Made by a program: the position numbers and the translations under genes
Shown: positions 22,291 to 26,909 of the stretch, one piece after another
Numbering within the stretch: the stretch's first letter is position 1
Layout of the letters: every line of letters begins with the position of its first letter
The notes under the pieces: model-generated
What the model was told of the DNA's origin: nothing
Seen by the model: only the letters and a program-made list of their open reading frames with translations
The model's database searches: none
Source: a bacterium
GTDB lineage: Bacteria > Patescibacteriota > Minisyncoccia > JAHIHE01 > DAOWLE01
Length of the DNA: 26,909 bases
NCBI GenBank assembly: GCA_030643545.1
Contig: DAOWLE010000025.1
Location: forward strand, 1-26,909
Direction of reading: 5' to 3'

Positions 22291-25200
22291 CTATTCCTTC
22301 TTCGGTTTTACTTCTTTCCACGCTGGCATTGGTTGAGGACAGAGACATTCTCTTGTTTCTCCGGGGGCAATGCATTCACCGGGACAAAGGGCGTCATCTG
22401 TTCCGTCGCATATTTCACAAAGTCCGCTGGTATTCGGGCATTGGATATTATTATCTCCGCAGACAGTCGGACTGGCAACAGTAATTGAAACTGTGTCAGT
22501 GCTAAATCCTCCGTAAGAATCAGTGACTGTTAAATCAATGTGATAAACTCCGATAGTGTCTGGGGTGAATGCAGGTGTTGAAGAAAAAGGATCGGAAATT
22601 AATGTTCCCATTCCAAATTCATAAAGATTTTCTATTTCATCTTCTGATAAAGCTTTATTGTAAATTCTGACTTCATCTATGGAGCCGGAAAATATTTCTC
22701 CGATTATTAAATTATCTGTGTTTGTGTTTATTGCTTCTGAAAAATTTGTTTGCGCGGATTCTTCTCCATTTATGTATAAAATTTGTTTATCTCTATTATA
22801 AGTTAAAACATAATGATGCCATTCATCTAATTGCGGGACTGGCACAGACGCAGTGAGCCTGTTTCCGTTAAGAAATCCATACACTTGCGTACCATCGCCG
22901 TTTGTTTGCAATGAATACGCTCCCTGTTTTTGCAAAATTATTTGATTGGACGATTCTATTTGTTCACTCCCAGGCGCGCCAGCGCTTGGTTCTGGCGATG
23001 CGTATTTACAAACTATCACATTATCTATGTATGCTTCTCCACCATTGCCTGATGCTCCTGCACTAAAGTATATTGTATTGAGAGTTCCTGAATATGAGCC
23101 GGAATAGGTATTAAAATCATTTGATTTCAATACATCATTGACATAATAATCAAATGTTTTGTTTGTTTGGTCCGCTGTTATTTTTATGTCATACCAACTA
23201 TCTTTTGGCATATCGTAAGCAGAAGGAGTTCCTCCATTAAAAACACGAAGTTCATTTCCATTCCAAGACTTCCAGTCTGCGTGAGCAAGAGTATTTGTTC
23301 CATCAGTAAGGCTGGGAAAGCTATAAATACCCGAAGCTGCAGCTGCTTTCGGTCGAGCTTTCATAGTCATCATAAAATTATCTGAACATCCAATATTATC
23401 AGTATACACTTTCGCTCTTTGGTTAGCATAACCAAGAATATGGAGTGTTTCTGATACAATTTCTACTACTGAACCAGCTTCTTTGTCTGATAAATCCCAT
23501 TTTGATAAATCACCACTAAAATCATCAAAAAATTCAAAGGTATTTGTTCCACTACTCACAGAAGTTGCGCTTGAATTGCCATAGTACATATAAATAGCTG
23601 TTCCCGTAGAAGGAATTGACGGAATTTTGACCCAAATCTGCGTTGAAGCAGTATTGCACCCGCTTTCTAACCAAAAAGGAATTTGCGTTGTTTTATCTGA
23701 ATCCTTAATTCTAATATCTGAACAATCTGCTTTCATTTTCCCTTGAGATATTAATTCCGCTGTATCAATCGTTAAAAGCATTTGATAATCAGATAAATCA
23801 GACGATGAACCAGTGACATTTATTGGCTTATAATAGGGCCACAACGCAGGAGGGGCTACTGATTCCACTCTTGCCCATGCTTCTATGCTAATATTATCCT
23901 GGATATCCAATGAATTTGAATCAGAAATCTCAATATAATCGTCTACCCCATCAAAACTTAAAGCGTTTCCAACTTTGCCGGTTGTCCAAATTGGCGAAGC
24001 AGGTTTTAAAGTTCCGTCGTTATTATTTGCTCCAGAAGTATCATAAACAACATTTCCTAAATTCTCGTCAAAATGCCATCGACTAATCAGATTAGAAGGA
24101 GTATAATCCCAGCGATAACTAATCGTATCTCCCTCATCATGACTTCCGCTGCCGTCAAGATTGACTGAATTTCCGATAACAACAAACCGATCTAATCCAG
24201 CGTCAGCAACAGGCAATTGATTCCAAGTGGTTGCTGAAATAGAATTACTCCAATCAGAATCATAGCCATTTTTGGTTGCCATAACTTTATAAGAATAAGT
24301 TGTATTTGCGTTTAATCCGCTTCCAGATAAATCTTCTGTACTAGTTCCTGCGCCTTCCTCAAACGGAAGGTGTAACTCTAAACCAGTATCATTGCTGAAT
24401 GTGTGATTGTAGTGCTCTGCGACTTCCGTACCAGAAAGCGCGCGGTTGTATATCCGGACTTCGTCTATTTTGCCGTCAAAATCACCGTCTTGATTTACTT
24501 TTAAATTACTGCCCGAGGTTTCAATTTCATAAGAAGCTAGTTCTGAAAGGGTTTTGGTCTTCTTCAATGCCCCATTTATATACATCTTTAATTGTTTTGT
24601 TGAAGAACTATATGTTGCTAAAAGATGAGTCCATTCTGTCCCTACTGGATCTCCCCCCCAATCAGCAACCGCATGCCAATCTCCGCCAACACGCAGATAA
24701 AAATGCGCTTCATCTGCCCATGACCGAGATACATCTAAGAAGAAAGCATTTTCTTTGCGAATTATCATCTTCTGGTTATCCGCTCCCGAAGAATCTCTTT
24801 TTACCCACGCTTCAACGGTGATTTCGTCAGTGATGTTCAAACTTGCATCATTCCCGCAGTCAACATAATCATCCACTCCGTCAAATTGCAAAGCATTTCC
24901 AATTTTGCCGGTTGTCCAAACTGCATCATTATGAATAATTCCATTGTTATGATTTCCTCCTCTGTCAATTAAACCTGTATCAGGGCCGTGATAAATCCAA
25001 TCGTCTTTATCAAAACTCCAAAGATGATAAGTATCTGCCCCCCTATCAGACCAGGAAAGATTAATTGTAGAACTTGAACTAGCATTTCCATTTAACGCTG
25101 GAGCGCGAGGAATGATTTCCCAGTTTAAATCAAACCACCGTCCGCCGCAGCTGCCCCAGGCGTCATCACCGCAAGCGTCAACTGCTTTAAATTTTATTGT

Positions 25201-26802
25201 GTTCCATCCGGTGATAAATTTGTTTGTGACATCAGCCCAATCGCCATAAGCGCAACACACAAAAGGAATGTTTGCGTTACTGCTATTTATCCAAACTGTC
25301 GAAGAATCATCAACTCCGCATCGCACTTTAATATTATAATCATTTATGTCATCTATGTAAATTTTCTTTTCGCCCCATAAATCAGAAGTGCCTCCATCGC
25401 CGCCGCAACTTTCTGGTTCCCAATAAGAAGGAATGCCGTTGCATCCATCAACTGTTGCTACTCCTTCTTTAACTAAGCATCCATCATGAATATTCCAGGT
25501 GCAATAAACATCATCAATCGCGTCGCCCATTTCAGAAATACTGTTGTCTTCGGCGTCATCAGCAGAACAATTTAAAGAAAGGCAGGAACGGCAAGTGTAA
25601 TCAACACAGGAAAGAGGAGAACAGCAGGGCATTGATGAACAATCTCCGGATTCCAAAGCGCATAACATCTCTTCTTCCGTGTCTATCCCAAAACTCGCAA
25701 CCGGTTCCGGTGACGCATATTTTCTTACATACAAATCATCTATCCACAACTTCGCCTCAGCTGACAAAGATGGATTTTTGCATACTCTACATTCTTTACA
25801 ATCTCCTCCATCACAATCATGACCAGCACCACAGCCACCAATGCAACAGGGATCATGCCATGATAGTTCGTCACAATAATAATTGATTTCATTATATCCC
25901 ACAGGACAGATTGGAGCAATTACACCGGCGTCACAGTTATTTCCGTGACAATAACAATACTCAAAAGGCGCACCAGGCTCCCACCCTGTACATCTTGTTA
26001 CTGTATTTTCGCATCCTTTAGCGTAGGCGTAAAGTTTCAGTTTTAAATTATTCCCTGAAATTGTATAGCTCTTATCTGTAAAATCAGAATGTGCAGAAGA
26101 ATCCAATCCTGATTCTCCGCCGTCCTTTATAAGTTTCAATTCGTGCTTATAATCACACCTCCAATGTTGTTTATAACCTTCGCTTTTAATTTTTAAATGA
26201 GCTTTGAAATCTCCAGAACCGATTACATCTGATATTAAATCAGAAGAAACATTGCCAGGCGCTGTTTTATAAGCGCGGACATATCCGGTGCCTGTGGTGG
26301 AATGTTCAAAACCGGAGCCAGCCCATTTGCTGCTGGACGGCTCAAACTCATCAAAAAAAACAAAAGTAGCTTCTCCATTACTTACAGAATTCGCAGTTGA
26401 ATTGCCATAATACATATAAACCGTTGTTCCAGAAGAAGGAATTGAAGGAACTTTCACCCAGAATTCGGCAGTTGATGACGGTACGTATGATGCTCTCCAA
26501 TGGCTAAGCAAAGTTATATTATCAGATAACACAAATCGAATATCAGAAAAATCACTTTTCATTTTACCGCTTGCAAAGTCAACGGTAACTTTAACCTGAT
26601 AATCTGTTAAGCTCGAAGTAGAGCCGGTGATATTCACAGTATTTCTATAACTCCAAGAATAATCAAACCATTCGGAATCCGCATATGCAGGATCTGATTT
26701 AATTAATAAATTAAAACAAAGCCCGAAAAACAAAACAACTGTCAAAATAAATATTGTTGTTCTAATTGTAGTTTTAATCTTCATTGCTTTTTTTGTTTTC
26801 AT
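22291..26802 (-). CDS. giant secreted Cys-rich multidomain protein (2x DUF2341-like, 3x LamG/concanavalin-like, PKD-like modules); putative pilus-associated adhesin
   Basis: 1503 aa with a signal peptide/TM (IFILTVVLFFGLCF). Duplicated DUF2341-like modules are (SWSYRNTVNITGSTSSLTDYQVKV...FWVKVPSIPSSGTTVYMYYGNSTA) and (YYKPINVTGSSSDLSDYQMLL...IWVKIPSIPSTGTAIYMYYGNSSA). Three LamG-like modules share the G(K)xGNALxFDGVDDYxx...DEVRIYN pattern. PKD-like segments (ADAGLDRFVVIGNSVNLDGSGSHD; IDLTVTDSYGGFSTDTVSITV) and several Cys-dense stretches are present. The gene ends 22 nt before pilM on the same strand. Confidence 0.75.
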   Translation of the reverse strand: MKTKKAMKIKTTIRTTIFILTVVLFFGLCFNLLIKSDPAYADSEWFDYSWSYRNTVNITGSTSSLTDYQVKVTVDFASGKMKSDFSDIRFVLSDNITLLSHWRASYVPSSTAEFWVKVPSIPSSGTTVYMYYGNSTANSVSNGEATFVFFDEFEPSSSKWAGSGFEHSTTGTGYVRAYKTAPGNVSSDLISDVIGSGDFKAHLKIKSEGYKQHWRCDYKHELKLIKDGGESGLDSSAHSDFTDKSYTISGNNLKLKLYAYAKGCENTVTRCTGWEPGAPFEYCYCHGNNCDAGVIAPICPVGYNEINYYCDELSWHDPCCIGGCGAGHDCDGGDCKECRVCKNPSLSAEAKLWIDDLYVRKYASPEPVASFGIDTEEEMLCALESGDCSSMPCCSPLSCVDYTCRSCLSLNCSADDAEDNSISEMGDAIDDVYCTWNIHDGCLVKEGVATVDGCNGIPSYWEPESCGGDGGTSDLWGEKKIYIDDINDYNIKVRCGVDDSSTVWINSSNANIPFVCCAYGDWADVTNKFITGWNTIKFKAVDACGDDAWGSCGGRWFDLNWEIIPRAPALNGNASSSSTINLSWSDRGADTYHLWSFDKDDWIYHGPDTGLIDRGGNHNNGIIHNDAVWTTGKIGNALQFDGVDDYVDCGNDASLNITDEITVEAWVKRDSSGADNQKMIIRKENAFFLDVSRSWADEAHFYLRVGGDWHAVADWGGDPVGTEWTHLLATYSSSTKQLKMYINGALKKTKTLSELASYEIETSGSNLKVNQDGDFDGKIDEVRIYNRALSGTEVAEHYNHTFSNDTGLELHLPFEEGAGTSTEDLSGSGLNANTTYSYKVMATKNGYDSDWSNSISATTWNQLPVADAGLDRFVVIGNSVNLDGSGSHDEGDTISYRWDYTPSNLISRWHFDENLGNVVYDTSGANNNDGTLKPASPIWTTGKVGNALSFDGVDDYIEISDSNSLDIQDNISIEAWARVESVAPPALWPYYKPINVTGSSSDLSDYQMLLTIDTAELISQGKMKADCSDIRIKDSDKTTQIPFWLESGCNTASTQIWVKIPSIPSTGTAIYMYYGNSSATSVSSGTNTFEFFDDFSGDLSKWDLSDKEAGSVVEIVSETLHILGYANQRAKVYTDNIGCSDNFMMTMKARPKAAAASGIYSFPSLTDGTNTLAHADWKSWNGNELRVFNGGTPSAYDMPKDSWYDIKITADQTNKTFDYYVNDVLKSNDFNTYSGSYSGTLNTIYFSAGASGNGGEAYIDNVIVCKYASPEPSAGAPGSEQIESSNQIILQKQGAYSLQTNGDGTQVYGFLNGNRLTASVPVPQLDEWHHYVLTYNRDKQILYINGEESAQTNFSEAINTNTDNLIIGEIFSGSIDEVRIYNKALSEDEIENLYEFGMGTLISDPFSSTPAFTPDTIGVYHIDLTVTDSYGGFSTDTVSITVASPTVCGDNNIQCPNTSGLCEICDGTDDALCPGECIAPGETRECLCPQPMPAWKEVKPKKE

Positions 26803-26805
26803 TAT

Positions 26806-26860
26806 TTATTGTTCTTTGTTCATTGTTTTCTGTTCTTTGTTCATTGCCTATTCTTCTCAT
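26806..26860. repeat. tandem direct repeats (cattgttttctgttctttgtt x2) in the upstream region of the giant gene
   Basis: ttattgttctttgttcattgttttctgttctttgttcattg. A related motif (aacaatgaacagaaa / caaagaacaaaaagcaatgaac) occurs at 13590-13626 inside the pilD insertion zone. Confidence 0.6.
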
Positions 26861-26909
26861 AATACTTTGAAGTCATATGAACCTTTAAAGCAGTATTATT
26901 ATTTTTATC

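Noticed and set aside
23167-25886. ORFs 23167..23385 (+), 24399..24821 (+) and 25632..25886 (+)
   Set aside because: Antisense to the continuous 1503-aa minus-strand ORF. There is no start context and the compositions are implausible.
1-26909. Search for transposase, integrase, rRNA or prophage genes that could explain the repeats
   Set aside because: No ORF in any frame shows DDE, serine or tyrosine recombinase motifs or rRNA-like conserved blocks. The repeat families appear non-autonomous.

Overview
Low-GC window with compact, mostly minus-strand genes, consistent with a Candidate Phyla Radiation / Patescibacteria-like genome (inference from composition, a short EF-Ts, and a type IV pilus set with no secretin). 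Three blocks. (1) Housekeeping, minus strand: secY (partial at the window edge), tRNA-Tyr, tRNA-Thr, a TPR membrane protein, PSP1/RicT, short tsf, rpsB and corA. A HEPN/MNT toxin-antitoxin pair plus a secreted hypothetical sit between rpsB and tsf. (2) Plus strand: an SPFH/band-7 protein and a 2-TM partner, ending in a bidirectional terminator zone. (3) A ~17 kb minus-strand surface-appendage locus. It starts with a giant 1503-aa Cys-rich DUF2341/LamG/PKD multidomain protein, followed by pilM-pilN-pilO-pilB, a small membrane ORF, pilT and pilC. Two prepilin-type pilins come next, one of them Cys-rich, then prepilin peptidase pilD, which carries an in-frame palindromic repeat insertion. The locus ends with three secreted proteins sharing a TrbC/VirB2-like C-terminal double-TM domain. 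Two of these are Cys-rich tandem paralogs, split by an inserted four-helix-bundle (23S rRNA IVS family) gene. Several repeat families punctuate the locus: long imperfect palindromic intergenic elements (4 copies), a GGAATGACAGAAGAA palindromic element (2 copies, one inside pilD), gatttaYgattta repeats next to start codons, and a perfect 26-bp A/T inverted repeat between pilC and the pilin. No CRISPR array, rRNA, transposase or integrase was recognised.
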